From positions 1-64,000 of IMG/VR virus record IMGVR_UViG_3300028029_000006: a DNA stretch of 64,000 nt; one strand, written 5' to 3'. Position numbers and translations under genes: made by a program. The notes beneath the pieces were generated by a model that saw only the letters and a list, made by a program, of their open reading frames with translations, made no database searches and had not been told where the DNA came from. Positions within the stretch are counted from its first letter, which is position 1, and each line of letters starts with the position of its first letter. The DNA is from a virus. Below, in pieces: positions 20,006 through 28,700 of this stretch.

Positions 20006-20945
20006 TAGATTTGGTAAAATTTCTGAAGATATTTTTCGTGGTGGAAAACCAAGTGTAAAAGACCTCGAAATTCTTAAAAATGTATATGGTGTTGAGAGAA
20101 TTATTAGTTTAGATGGAAGTATTGGTAATTTAATATCTCCTGCTTGTTATAAATTGGGACTTGAGCATATTATTATCCCAATTGGCGGTAATGAATCAGG
20201 CCATTTAACAGATTTTTTAAAAGAAAATATTTTAGAATTACTATCTGATAAACCTGCTTACATTCATTGTAGACATGGGAAAGATCGGACTGGAATGGCT
20301 GCGGCTCTTTATAGGATAAAAACCGGATGGACTAAAGAAGATGCATTTAAAGAAGCTTTATCATTTGATTTTGGAAAAGATTTAAATCCTGAATCAAAAG
20401 AATTTTATCAAAATGTTTTTATGAACGCTGTAGACTTAAATAATTCAGAAGATTTTCGTCATCCAGTTCAAGAAAACGCTCATGATGCCTTGATACCAAC
20501 TCCTTATCAAAAACCTTCAAATGTAATGGGAGATGACATTGTTGGTTCAATGAGAGATGATTTTAATTTTGGAGATGTTGCTCCAGCATTTAATCCTCAA
20601 CAATCTTTTCAAGCTAAAGATGATATTAAAAAAGCTCCATTTGGAGAAGAAATATCAAATCCACCACCAGAATTCAAAGATCCTTATTATTTCATGATTT
20701 CTCAAGAATTCAATCGGCCTTCTGAAGAAGAAATTATGGAAAGAAAAATAAGAAAAAAAATATTAAGAGAATTATCATCAGGAAAAACTGCACCAGAAGT
20801 TGGCGTTTATAATAATGGCGGTGGAATTAGAGGAGCAGGACCGTTGGCCGGAGATAATGCAGGAGGCGGTTTTGTTCAAGATACATCATCTCCTGGAATT
20901 GGTGGCGCGGGGGCAATTGAGACTGGCGGTTTTCTTAATTTATAA
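19998..20945 (+). CDS. Tyrosine/dual-specificity phosphatase with low-complexity C-terminus
   Basis: P-loop HCRHGKDRTG (CX5R); IFRGGKP. Confidence 0.85.
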   Translation: MPDRFGKISEDIFRGGKPSVKDLEILKNVYGVERIISLDGSIGNLISPACYKLGLEHIIIPIGGNESGHLTDFLKENILELLSDKPAYIHCRHGKDRTGMAAALYRIKTGWTKEDAFKEALSFDFGKDLNPESKEFYQNVFMNAVDLNNSEDFRHPVQENAHDALIPTPYQKPSNVMGDDIVGSMRDDFNFGDVAPAFNPQQSFQAKDDIKKAPFGEEISNPPPEFKDPYYFMISQEFNRPSEEEIMERKIRKKILRELSSGKTAPEVGVYNNGGGIRGAGPLAGDNAGGGFVQDTSSPGIGGAGAIETGGFLNL

Positions 20946-20959
20946 ACTAATAGATTTAC

Positions 20960-21730
20960 ATGAATATGATGTCAAGTTTAAATGATAAGGAGCTTTTTCT
21001 TAAAAAAGTTGCTCAAACTATTGAAATGTCTTTTGATATTCCTGATTCTGAAAAAGAAATAGCTAAAGAAGCAGTTTTACGATTTGAAGATACTATGAAG
21101 TCTTTACAAAAAGCAACTGATCATTTAGATGTTATTTATGAACCGTTTAGTAAACATAAAAATATTCCAACAAAATCAGTTGTTGAAAAACGTGGAGTTC
21201 TTAATAGGTTTAAACAAGCTTCAAAAGAAAAATTTGAAAATTTCAAATATTTATGCGTTCTTTCAATTCAGAAAATAAATCATTTTGCAAATGGTGACAT
21301 GGAAATTAAAGAAATAATTAGCACTTTCGAATCTAGCGTTCTAAATGTAGAAGATGAAGTTGAAGATTTTTTTGATATTCTCGGGGATTATGAATCAGAG
21401 GATTTTCAAGAAAAAGTTTTAGAATCAATTGATTCTATTAAAAACAAAGCAGAAGAATTAAATGATTTAGTTTATGATAGTATTATAGATCATATAGATA
21501 CTAATATTGTTGGAAAAACTTGGATGAGCGAAAATAATAGTAAGTTTAAAATCGAAAAGGAAGAAAAAATTCCAATGGTTTTAGAATTGTATAAAAAAAG
21601 ACAAGAGTTATTAGGAAATAAAATGTATGCTGTTGAAAAAGAAAAGCAAATATTAAATCCAAGTGATGCTCCTAGAGTATATTCTCCTGATAGCGCAAGA
21701 ACAGTTAATTTCACAGAATTTGGAGAATAA
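20960..21730 (+). CDS. Hypothetical helical head-region protein
   Basis: KKVAQ near N-terminus. Confidence 0.55.
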   Translation: MNMMSSLNDKELFLKKVAQTIEMSFDIPDSEKEIAKEAVLRFEDTMKSLQKATDHLDVIYEPFSKHKNIPTKSVVEKRGVLNRFKQASKEKFENFKYLCVLSIQKINHFANGDMEIKEIISTFESSVLNVEDEVEDFFDILGDYESEDFQEKVLESIDSIKNKAEELNDLVYDSIIDHIDTNIVGKTWMSENNSKFKIEKEEKIPMVLELYKKRQELLGNKMYAVEKEKQILNPSDAPRVYSPDSARTVNFTEFGE

Positions 21731-21731
21731 T

Positions 21732-21887
21732 ATGAATTTTATTAAACGAGGCGATTCGTTGCCTATTTTACATGTAGTCAAAACTAGCGAAGAGTTAGAT
21801 GAAAAACGAAAAGAATTTTCATTACCTCAAGACGAAGAAATAAAAACCGAACTTGAAACAGATCAAGAAAAAAAGGTTGAAGAATAA
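21732..21887 (+). CDS. Small hypothetical protein (51 aa)
   Basis: SD ggag then ATG 21732; MNFIKRGD resembles the protease N-terminus MALIKIGE. Confidence 0.45.
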   Translation: MNFIKRGDSLPILHVVKTSEELDEKRKEFSLPQDEEIKTELETDQEKKVEE

Positions 21888-22000
21888 AAACATTTTATCA
21901 ATTTTAAACACAGTTAAGCGCCTTAAGTACAGGAAAATAACAAATTAACTGGTAATAAAATTGAATCTACTACAGAATCTAATTATAACTGAGATCTAAT

Positions 22001-25000
22001 ATGGCTTTAATTAAAATAGGAGAAGCGTTAACCATTCAACCGAGTGATATCAAAACACCTGAGGCTGTATTGTCAGACCCAGAGGTTTTAGCTAGGTTTG
22101 AAAAAATTGCTGCTGATATTAAGAAAGTTGCCCCCAAGGCTAATGATTTTCTTTATTTTACAGCTATCATGATGCACGCAGCAGAAGCTGCTCTTCTCGA
22201 AGAGAATGGTGATTTAAAAAAAGATTCATCAGGAAACTTTTTAACCTCTTCTTGGATTAAAGAAGGAGAGTCTTGGAAATGGTCTTGCAGTGATTCTACA
22301 GTTTTCCCATTAAAAAATGCCAATCGAGATATTTTTCCAGAAGAGGAATTAGTTAAAGCTCATAAAAAATGGGTTGGGCGGCCTCTTTGTTTAGATCATC
22401 GTTCAGATTCTGTTGATTTTATTCGTGGTATCATCATTGATACTTATTATGATCATTCTAAAAAACGCGTCATTGCATTATGTGCATTAGATAAAAAGAA
22501 TCATCCCGAATTAGCAAGAAAAGTTCAAACATTAACCACAACAGCTGTCTCAATGGGGACTGCCGTAGGTAAAGCTATTTGTACAGATTGTGGCAAAGTT
22601 GCCAGAGCAGAAGCTGATTTCTGTAATCATATGCGTAGTAGAACTTGTTATGGTGAGATTAATGTTGATCTTAACCCAATTGAGCTTTCCATTGTTGTTA
22701 ATGGAGCAGATCCTAAAGCTCATATTCGACACGTAATGGCCGCAGTAGATAATATAGCCAAATATGTTGCTAAAAAAGAAAAAAATATTTCTAAAATTTC
22801 TTCCATGCACGAAATGGTAGATCCTAGTGTTATTTCAGATTTGAAAGATGATTTGAAAAACATTTTAGATAAGATTGAAAAGCTTGAGGAACAAGCTGAA
22901 AGAGTTGAGGGTATTGAAGAGGCTGAAGAGTCAAATGAATATCCTGGCGAAGCAGAGGAAAAAGAAGCTTCATCAAAACAGGAAATGCTAAAGGTAGCAA
23001 AGGTTTTACACGACCTTCACTCAAAAGTAGATCAACTACAGAGTACAATGGATAAATTGCAAAATAATAATGAGGAATCAATAATGAGTAAAAAACAGGC
23101 TTATTTCCAGGGTGGTGGTGGAGTGAATGAACCAACTCCTGGCAAACCAAAATACGAATCAGAAGATTATACTACTGTTCGTGATAAAGAAGATAAACAA
23201 ATGGTTGGTCAAATGGAGACAGGTCCTGTTGATGGGATGCATCCAGGATATTCCAGCTTTGGCGAAACCGAAGAAGCGCGTAAAAAACGTCTTCAAAGAA
23301 TGGCTGCAGAAGCAGAAAAACGAACTTTACGACGTAAAGCAGTTGTTGACCGTGTTAAGAAGTCTCTTGATAAAGATGCTTACTTTCAAGGTGGCGGTGG
23401 AGTGAACGAACCAACTCCTGGCAAACCAAAATACGAATCAGAAGATTACACTACTGTTCGTGATAAAGAAGATAAACAAATGGTTGGTCAATCACCATTT
23501 CCTGACACTGGAGCTATTGACGGTTTACACCCAAGCCCAGCTTCTTGTGATGAAAAAGATGAATTAAAACGTAAGCAAATGCTTTCACGAGCAAAACTTA
23601 GTGGAAAATTTGTTCCCTTCAAAAATGCTGATGGCACAGCCAATAAAGGAAAATATACCTGGAATGTTTTTGCTAATAAAGAATTGATTCTTACTGCTAC
23701 TGTTGATCAAATTACTGGTGGTAAATCTGAATTACTCTTTAGTTCTGTTGCTACTGAAGAATTTGGAAGTAATCTTCTTAATTTAATTCGTAATAATGAT
23801 GTCAAAAAAGTTGTTTCTCTTATTAAGAGTGCACAATTAATGGAAGCTCCTGAAGCTCCGGCTGAAATGGCTCCTCCTGCAATGGAAGAAGCTCTGCCTG
23901 ATGCTGGTGGAACTGGAGAACCTGAAGAGGGAGTTATGGAATTACTTGATGTTGCAGAAAACACTTTATCTGATCTTCGCGAAGCGGTTGAAGCTCTTAC
24001 TGAAGAACCCGGTTCTGAATTAGCTGAATTTGACGAGTTAGCTGGTGAAATGCCAAGAGCAGCTGAAGTATCACGACTTGGAAAACTTCAAGTTAAAATT
24101 GGTAAAGCCGTTCTTGTTGGAATGAAAAAAGCTTCTGCTGAATTAGAAAGCAATATTGAAGAGCTTCAAATGGGTAAGCACATTCAAGCTAACAAAACCC
24201 TTCCAAAAGAGCAGATGAAATATGCAGCTGGATTGATTGGAGCTGCGCTTGAAGATACTAAATCTACTTTAGCTGAATGCCGTAAATTAATGAAGTCATT
24301 TGTTATGTATGCCAAAGGTTCTGAAGCTGTAGAGAAGAAAGCGGCAAAACTTAAATCTGATTTACTTAAAGTTGCTCAACCTGCAGATCCAAATGATCCT
24401 TTAATGGGTCTTGAAGGGGAAATGTTAGACTTAAGTCCTGAAGGATTTGAAGCTGAAGAAGCGGAAAGAGCACGTCAACAGCGATTAGTTGATTACAAAG
24501 CAAAAATGCAACGTCAGCAAGGTGCTGCATATGAAGCTCCAAAAGAAGCTCCAGGTTTATTTGATGTTCCTGAAACAATGGAAGAAGCAAAAAACCAAAG
24601 AGGCGGAGAAGCAGGCGGATACCAAAGTGGATTAACTGGACCATTGTCTGGCCATTCGCCAGGTGGAAATAGGTTGCTTGACGACTTAGATATGGATGAT
24701 GTTGATATGGATGATGCTGATATGAATAATTTAGAAATGGTTCTTCAAGATGGTACGAAAATTACCGCTGCAAAGAAGCTTGATAAAACCACCAAGTCTG
24801 GCCGAGCTGCCATTCGTGAGAAATTAGCTCAAAAAGCACTTCAGTACTCAGATATGCTTGAAAAAGCTCATCCAGGTGGTGGAGAAACAACTCAGTTAGA
24901 TGTTAAGCCTACTGGTGATCTTGCTAAGGTTGAACGTATTGATGAAGTGCAAGCCAGAATGATGGAAGTAGCAACTGCTCCTCCACGTGTTCAGAAAATG

Positions 25001-25513
25001 GCTGCAGAAATTCAAGAACTGGTTATTGAAGGTAAAATCAATCCTGATACTGATTTTCCAGGACTGATTGCTCAAAGCCTTGACCCTGCCGCAGTTAAAT
25101 ACTGGAAAGATTTTTACGGTGAAATTAAAGATGGCGGGAGTGAATTCGCTACTGAATTGGTTAAAGAGATTGCAACCAAAAAGAAAGCTGAAGAAACGCA
25201 AAACCTTCATGTTAAATATGCTCGCGCATATGAATTAGCTGATAATATGGTTAGCAAAGGCATGTTAGCCAATGATCGTACCGCTAAACAGTCACAAATT
25301 AAAGAAATTCTTAAGTTTGATGATAATGCATTTAGTAGCTTCAGAAATTTTGTTGCCCGCCAAGCTACAGTTAAAAAGTTTGCAATGCCTCAGGTTGGAT
25401 TAATGGGAGATTCAGGAGTTTTTCTTCCTGCTCCAGAAGTTAAGCGGTCTGATTTATCAAGTGAATTAGATGCTATGTTTGCCGGAAATGGTCTGAAAAC
25501 TCGTAACTTTTAA
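22001..25513 (+). CDS. Prohead protease fused to long scaffold/core domain
   Basis: NANRDIFPEEEL..PLCLDH..GIIID..AVSMGT..CTDC..CNH..IELSIVVNGADPKA protease-like domain; acidic coiled-coil remainder with many K-x-A motifs. Confidence 0.8.
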   Translation: MALIKIGEALTIQPSDIKTPEAVLSDPEVLARFEKIAADIKKVAPKANDFLYFTAIMMHAAEAALLEENGDLKKDSSGNFLTSSWIKEGESWKWSCSDSTVFPLKNANRDIFPEEELVKAHKKWVGRPLCLDHRSDSVDFIRGIIIDTYYDHSKKRVIALCALDKKNHPELARKVQTLTTTAVSMGTAVGKAICTDCGKVARAEADFCNHMRSRTCYGEINVDLNPIELSIVVNGADPKAHIRHVMAAVDNIAKYVAKKEKNISKISSMHEMVDPSVISDLKDDLKNILDKIEKLEEQAERVEGIEEAEESNEYPGEAEEKEASSKQEMLKVAKVLHDLHSKVDQLQSTMDKLQNNNEESIMSKKQAYFQGGGGVNEPTPGKPKYESEDYTTVRDKEDKQMVGQMETGPVDGMHPGYSSFGETEEARKKRLQRMAAEAEKRTLRRKAVVDRVKKSLDKDAYFQGGGGVNEPTPGKPKYESEDYTTVRDKEDKQMVGQSPFPDTGAIDGLHPSPASCDEKDELKRKQMLSRAKLSGKFVPFKNADGTANKGKYTWNVFANKELILTATVDQITGGKSELLFSSVATEEFGSNLLNLIRNNDVKKVVSLIKSAQLMEAPEAPAEMAPPAMEEALPDAGGTGEPEEGVMELLDVAENTLSDLREAVEALTEEPGSELAEFDELAGEMPRAAEVSRLGKLQVKIGKAVLVGMKKASAELESNIEELQMGKHIQANKTLPKEQMKYAAGLIGAALEDTKSTLAECRKLMKSFVMYAKGSEAVEKKAAKLKSDLLKVAQPADPNDPLMGLEGEMLDLSPEGFEAEEAERARQQRLVDYKAKMQRQQGAAYEAPKEAPGLFDVPETMEEAKNQRGGEAGGYQSGLTGPLSGHSPGGNRLLDDLDMDDVDMDDADMNNLEMVLQDGTKITAAKKLDKTTKSGRAAIREKLAQKALQYSDMLEKAHPGGGETTQLDVKPTGDLAKVERIDEVQARMMEVATAPPRVQKMAAEIQELVIEGKINPDTDFPGLIAQSLDPAAVKYWKDFYGEIKDGGSEFATELVKEIATKKKAEETQNLHVKYARAYELADNMVSKGMLANDRTAKQSQIKEILKFDDNAFSSFRNFVARQATVKKFAMPQVGLMGDSGVFLPAPEVKRSDLSSELDAMFAGNGLKTRNF
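23084..25513 (+). CDS. Candidate nested in-frame scaffold protein (809 aa)
   Basis: Internal SD gagga 23072-23076 with in-frame ATG 23084 at the domain boundary. Confidence 0.5.
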   Translation: MSKKQAYFQGGGGVNEPTPGKPKYESEDYTTVRDKEDKQMVGQMETGPVDGMHPGYSSFGETEEARKKRLQRMAAEAEKRTLRRKAVVDRVKKSLDKDAYFQGGGGVNEPTPGKPKYESEDYTTVRDKEDKQMVGQSPFPDTGAIDGLHPSPASCDEKDELKRKQMLSRAKLSGKFVPFKNADGTANKGKYTWNVFANKELILTATVDQITGGKSELLFSSVATEEFGSNLLNLIRNNDVKKVVSLIKSAQLMEAPEAPAEMAPPAMEEALPDAGGTGEPEEGVMELLDVAENTLSDLREAVEALTEEPGSELAEFDELAGEMPRAAEVSRLGKLQVKIGKAVLVGMKKASAELESNIEELQMGKHIQANKTLPKEQMKYAAGLIGAALEDTKSTLAECRKLMKSFVMYAKGSEAVEKKAAKLKSDLLKVAQPADPNDPLMGLEGEMLDLSPEGFEAEEAERARQQRLVDYKAKMQRQQGAAYEAPKEAPGLFDVPETMEEAKNQRGGEAGGYQSGLTGPLSGHSPGGNRLLDDLDMDDVDMDDADMNNLEMVLQDGTKITAAKKLDKTTKSGRAAIREKLAQKALQYSDMLEKAHPGGGETTQLDVKPTGDLAKVERIDEVQARMMEVATAPPRVQKMAAEIQELVIEGKINPDTDFPGLIAQSLDPAAVKYWKDFYGEIKDGGSEFATELVKEIATKKKAEETQNLHVKYARAYELADNMVSKGMLANDRTAKQSQIKEILKFDDNAFSSFRNFVARQATVKKFAMPQVGLMGDSGVFLPAPEVKRSDLSSELDAMFAGNGLKTRNF
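23099..23491 (+). repeat. 114-bp direct repeat (23099-23212 and 23378-23491) encoding an identical 38-aa peptide
   Basis: AYFQGGGGVNEPTPGKPKYESEDYTTVRDKEDKQMVGQ twice, synonymous differences only. Confidence 0.95.
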
Positions 25514-25521
25514 TTAAAGCG

Positions 25522-25558
25522 AAATATGGGTATGGAGCAATGCTTCATACCCATATTT
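25522..25558 (+). terminator. Strong hairpin after protease/scaffold gene
   Basis: aaatatgggtatggagc-aat-gcttcatacccatattt. Confidence 0.7.
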
Positions 25559-25584
25559 AATCTTAACCTTTTAATGGAATAAAA

Positions 25585-26505
25585 ATGCCAAAAAACAGTA
25601 TTGGAAACATGGTCGCTTTAGAAATGAAATCCGTTTTAGAAAGTGACGAACATAAAAAGCTTTTTTGTAAAGAAGCTTCAGTTAATGAAAATAAAGAAGC
25701 TTTAGTTTCTGATGAATTAGAAACAGTTGCAACTATTGAGGTTGAATCTTTTGGAGTTAAAGAATCTTTTGATAACTTAGTTAAACGTTTTGTTGCTCTT
25801 TCTGAAGATTTAGATAATCTTGGTTTCGAAAAAGCTTCTTCGAGCCTTTTAAACTCTTTTGATGTACTATTGAAAGAAGCTAATGGTGAAAAAATTGAAG
25901 AGATGATTGAACAAACCCTCCAAGGTTTTCAAGATCCAAATTCAGATTTTGAAATCAATGTAGATGTTGATATGAAAGATCCAGTTTTAGAAGCCGATCC
26001 TCGTCTTTTAGGTGGTGAACTTGAAGAGCCGCAAATGATGGATCTTGATGAAGCGTTAAAAGCAATTGAGGAATTAGGTTTAGACCATCCAGAAGGACCT
26101 CTCTCCCAGGAAACTAAAAAAGAAATGAAAGATGTTGGCCTTGGCGGATTAGCTAAAGAAATTGCTGAAGCATCTAAAAATGTAGATGCTTGGTTATCAA
26201 AAAATGCTGATTTAGATGAACAACCATTTAGCGATTTAGAATTAGATGCAGATTTATCTGCTCTTTTAGGTTCTGAAAGTTTAGATGACCAACTTTTCGC
26301 CAAAGATGAAGACGAAGATGAAGGCTGTTGTTGCTCAAAAGGCAACCTTTGCCCTTGTAAAGATGATTGCTCTTGCAAAAAAGACAAATGTTCCTTCGAT
26401 AAAGATGAAGATTCTTCAAAAGCTGATGATGAAGATGAAGAAGATGATTTAAAAGCTGATGACGAAAAGGATGACACCGATGCAAAATTCGAAGAAGAAG
26501 ATTGA
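25585..26505 (+). CDS. Acidic head-region protein with Cys-rich tail
   Basis: KEAS, KEAN, KNAD; GCCCSKGNLCPCKDDCSCKKDKC. Confidence 0.6.
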   Translation: MPKNSIGNMVALEMKSVLESDEHKKLFCKEASVNENKEALVSDELETVATIEVESFGVKESFDNLVKRFVALSEDLDNLGFEKASSSLLNSFDVLLKEANGEKIEEMIEQTLQGFQDPNSDFEINVDVDMKDPVLEADPRLLGGELEEPQMMDLDEALKAIEELGLDHPEGPLSQETKKEMKDVGLGGLAKEIAEASKNVDAWLSKNADLDEQPFSDLELDADLSALLGSESLDDQLFAKDEDEDEGCCCSKGNLCPCKDDCSCKKDKCSFDKDEDSSKADDEDEEDDLKADDEKDDTDAKFEEED

Positions 26506-26689
26506 TATTGGCGCAGAAATGGAAGCGTTACTTAACCCTAACACTATTCAAAAAAGTGCTAAATCAAAAAATGTTAAAGACGCTTTAGATAGTTTAAGTA
26601 AAGCTGCTGATATTCTAGATGACTTAGGTTTATTTGTTATCGCTGAAGCCGCAACTCAAATGATGGAAAATATTCATAACAAGGATTAA
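26471..26689 (+). CDS. Small helical-hairpin head-region protein
   Basis: LSKAADILDDLGL..AEAA; start uncertain. Confidence 0.5.
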   Translation: MTPMQNSKKKIDIGAEMEALLNPNTIQKSAKSKNVKDALDSLSKAADILDDLGLFVIAEAATQMMENIHNKD

Positions 26690-26691
26690 AT

Positions 26692-27195
26692 ATGCTTTTT
26701 TTAGACCATACCACTGAAAATGAATTCTTTTTATCTTTAAAGCAGGGAATAAAGAAAAATGCTTCTTTTAATGAAGATTTAATTGAATCTAAAATTAAAA
26801 AAGCTTCTTCTTACTTAACTTATGCAGCAATCTGCTTAGAACAAGCTGGTTTCAAAAAAGAAGCCCAAATGATAACTGTTTTGGAAGAAGCTTGTTCAGA
26901 TCCTGCCACAGAAGGATTAACTCCAGAAAATATGCTTTCAAATTTGGAAGAAAAAGGTTGGGTTTTTAATGATTCTGATGAAGGATGTTCTTGTAAAAAA
27001 GATGATTGCGCAATGTGTTTAGAAGGTGAACAGCCGCAATTAAGCCAATCAGAACTTTCCAAACTACGTAAAATTCTAGGTGACGAATCTAGTGCTATGG
27101 ATGGTGATGCTAAAGAAGGTTTAACCGATATGTTTGGTAGTATGGAAAAAGAAGATAGAAAAGAGATGTTAAAACGTCTTAATAAAGATTTCTAA
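26692..27195 (+). CDS. Hypothetical head-region protein with Cys cluster
   Basis: AAICLEQAGFKKEAQ; GCSCKKDDCAMC. Confidence 0.55.
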   Translation: MLFLDHTTENEFFLSLKQGIKKNASFNEDLIESKIKKASSYLTYAAICLEQAGFKKEAQMITVLEEACSDPATEGLTPENMLSNLEEKGWVFNDSDEGCSCKKDDCAMCLEGEQPQLSQSELSKLRKILGDESSAMDGDAKEGLTDMFGSMEKEDRKEMLKRLNKDF

Positions 27196-27248
27196 TCTAC
27201 GTTATATATATAATAAAAGTATCCTGATATTCAGGAGAATAATATAGG

Positions 27249-27956
27249 GTGAAAGTTATTTTTCGCATTTTACATAGCGGTAATACTATGCCGTATTCAT
27301 TTCCTGTTGATCCTGATGCTGAATTTGAAGCTGGGCAAATTGCTCAGCTTTATTTAAGAGGAAACCAGGTTGTTTGCGGTGTTAGTGATGGAACAGCTCC
27401 ATTTGGTATTATTGATGATATTAAAAAGAATACATTTTCTTCCACATCAATTGATGAAACAGTTATAGTTTACGTTGCTCCAATAGCTGCTCCAGGACCT
27501 GGTGGATCATTGGTTACCTCTGTAGATATATTAAAGGAACTTAATAATCCAAATATAAAAGGCGCATCGTTTATTTCAAGTCCAGTTGATATTGAATTAA
27601 TTGAAAGAAATGGAGTTGTAAGATTTTTAGCGGGAACTACTCTTAATTTTGATCAAGATGGAGATGGTATTGCTGATTCTATTAAGACAGTAGTTAGCTA
27701 TTCATTTTTTGTTCCTAATGTTCCTGGAGATGATTCAACTCTTTCATCTGGGCGCATTACTGTTTGGTTTCAAAAGTTAATTGGTGCTACTGATGCTTTC
27801 GAAACTAACCGAAGGTACCCTCTTAATAACCCTTTATTTGTATCTGAGGCAGGCTTATTTACTACTAGGCAAATTCAACCTGATTATCCAGCAGTAGCTA
27901 TAGTAATGAATCCGCCAACTAACATACATGGCAGTCTAGAATTTTTATTATTATAA
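27249..27956 (+). CDS. Capsid decoration/cement-like protein
   Basis: AGQIAQL..PFGIIDD..SGRITVW..PLFVSEAGLFTT; similar to 34967 ORF. Confidence 0.5.
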   Translation: MKVIFRILHSGNTMPYSFPVDPDAEFEAGQIAQLYLRGNQVVCGVSDGTAPFGIIDDIKKNTFSSTSIDETVIVYVAPIAAPGPGGSLVTSVDILKELNNPNIKGASFISSPVDIELIERNGVVRFLAGTTLNFDQDGDGIADSIKTVVSYSFFVPNVPGDDSTLSSGRITVWFQKLIGATDAFETNRRYPLNNPLFVSEAGLFTTRQIQPDYPAVAIVMNPPTNIHGSLEFLLL

Positions 27957-27974
27957 TTGATATATATATTATAT

Positions 27975-28352
27975 GTGATTGAAATAATTGAACAAGTTGG
28001 TAAGCCTTTAATGATTAAGGCTTATCATAATTTTGCTTTAGGTTTGTTGGTTAAACTAATTAGAACTCCAAACGATATTTATGCATCATTAAGTTTGGGA
28101 AAAAAACCTTTTGGTGTTGTGGCGGGACCACCTAATCAATTTAAAATGATTCCTGTTCTGTATAACAGTTCAACTTTACTTAAGCTATATTATTTTGAGA
28201 ATGAATTATCTTATTCTTTAGGAGATCTTTTATATTCAAACCCTTGGGGAAGAATAACTTCAAAAAAAACTTACCCTAATTCTATTCCTATAGCTTTTGT
28301 TGAGGAAAATTTAAAAGAAAATGAAAATTTATTAAAAATTCGATTAATTTAG
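27975..28352 (+). CDS. Divergent cement-like paralog
   Basis: KPFGVVAG..YSLGDLLYSNPWGRITS matches pattern of preceding ORF; GTG start inferred. Confidence 0.4.
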   Translation: MIEIIEQVGKPLMIKAYHNFALGLLVKLIRTPNDIYASLSLGKKPFGVVAGPPNQFKMIPVLYNSSTLLKLYYFENELSYSLGDLLYSNPWGRITSKKTYPNSIPIAFVEENLKENENLLKIRLI

Positions 28353-28414
28353 CCTATTTGTCCCATGCATAAATTCACATTGTTGTGACCATTATTAAAG
28401 GTCTTAGGATAATT

Positions 28415-28693
28415 ATGAACGAAGATTGGACAGCAATAATGGATTCCGAAGTAATGCGGAATTACCTTCAAGCAGAATTGGCAAAAGAAGCCGCTGTTAA
28501 ACCAAAACCTGAAATTGATGAGGAGTCAGTTGTAGAGGCATTTGTAGACTTTGAAGATCAAATTAAAAATGATCCTAAATTACTATTTGCGTTTAAGCAG
28601 TACCAAAAAAAGATTGGTAGCGATTCAAATTATGCTAAACAATGCAACCCTTTATTTGCTCAAGCAGTTATGATGCTTGATCTTGATGAATAG
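28415..28693 (+). CDS. Small head-region protein
   Basis: SD agga; DSEVMR motif shared with next ORF; KEAA. Confidence 0.55.
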   Translation: MNEDWTAIMDSEVMRNYLQAELAKEAAVKPKPEIDEESVVEAFVDFEDQIKNDPKLLFAFKQYQKKIGSDSNYAKQCNPLFAQAVMMLDLDE

Positions 28694-28700
28694 GATTAAT

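Noticed and set aside
25929-26477. 182-aa minus-strand Ser-rich ORF and the other short antisense or alternate-frame ORFs in the track (e.g. 4585, 6115, 15842, 22550, 38151, 38407, 55648, 63264)
   Set aside because: Shadows of well-supported + strand genes; no recognisable motifs.
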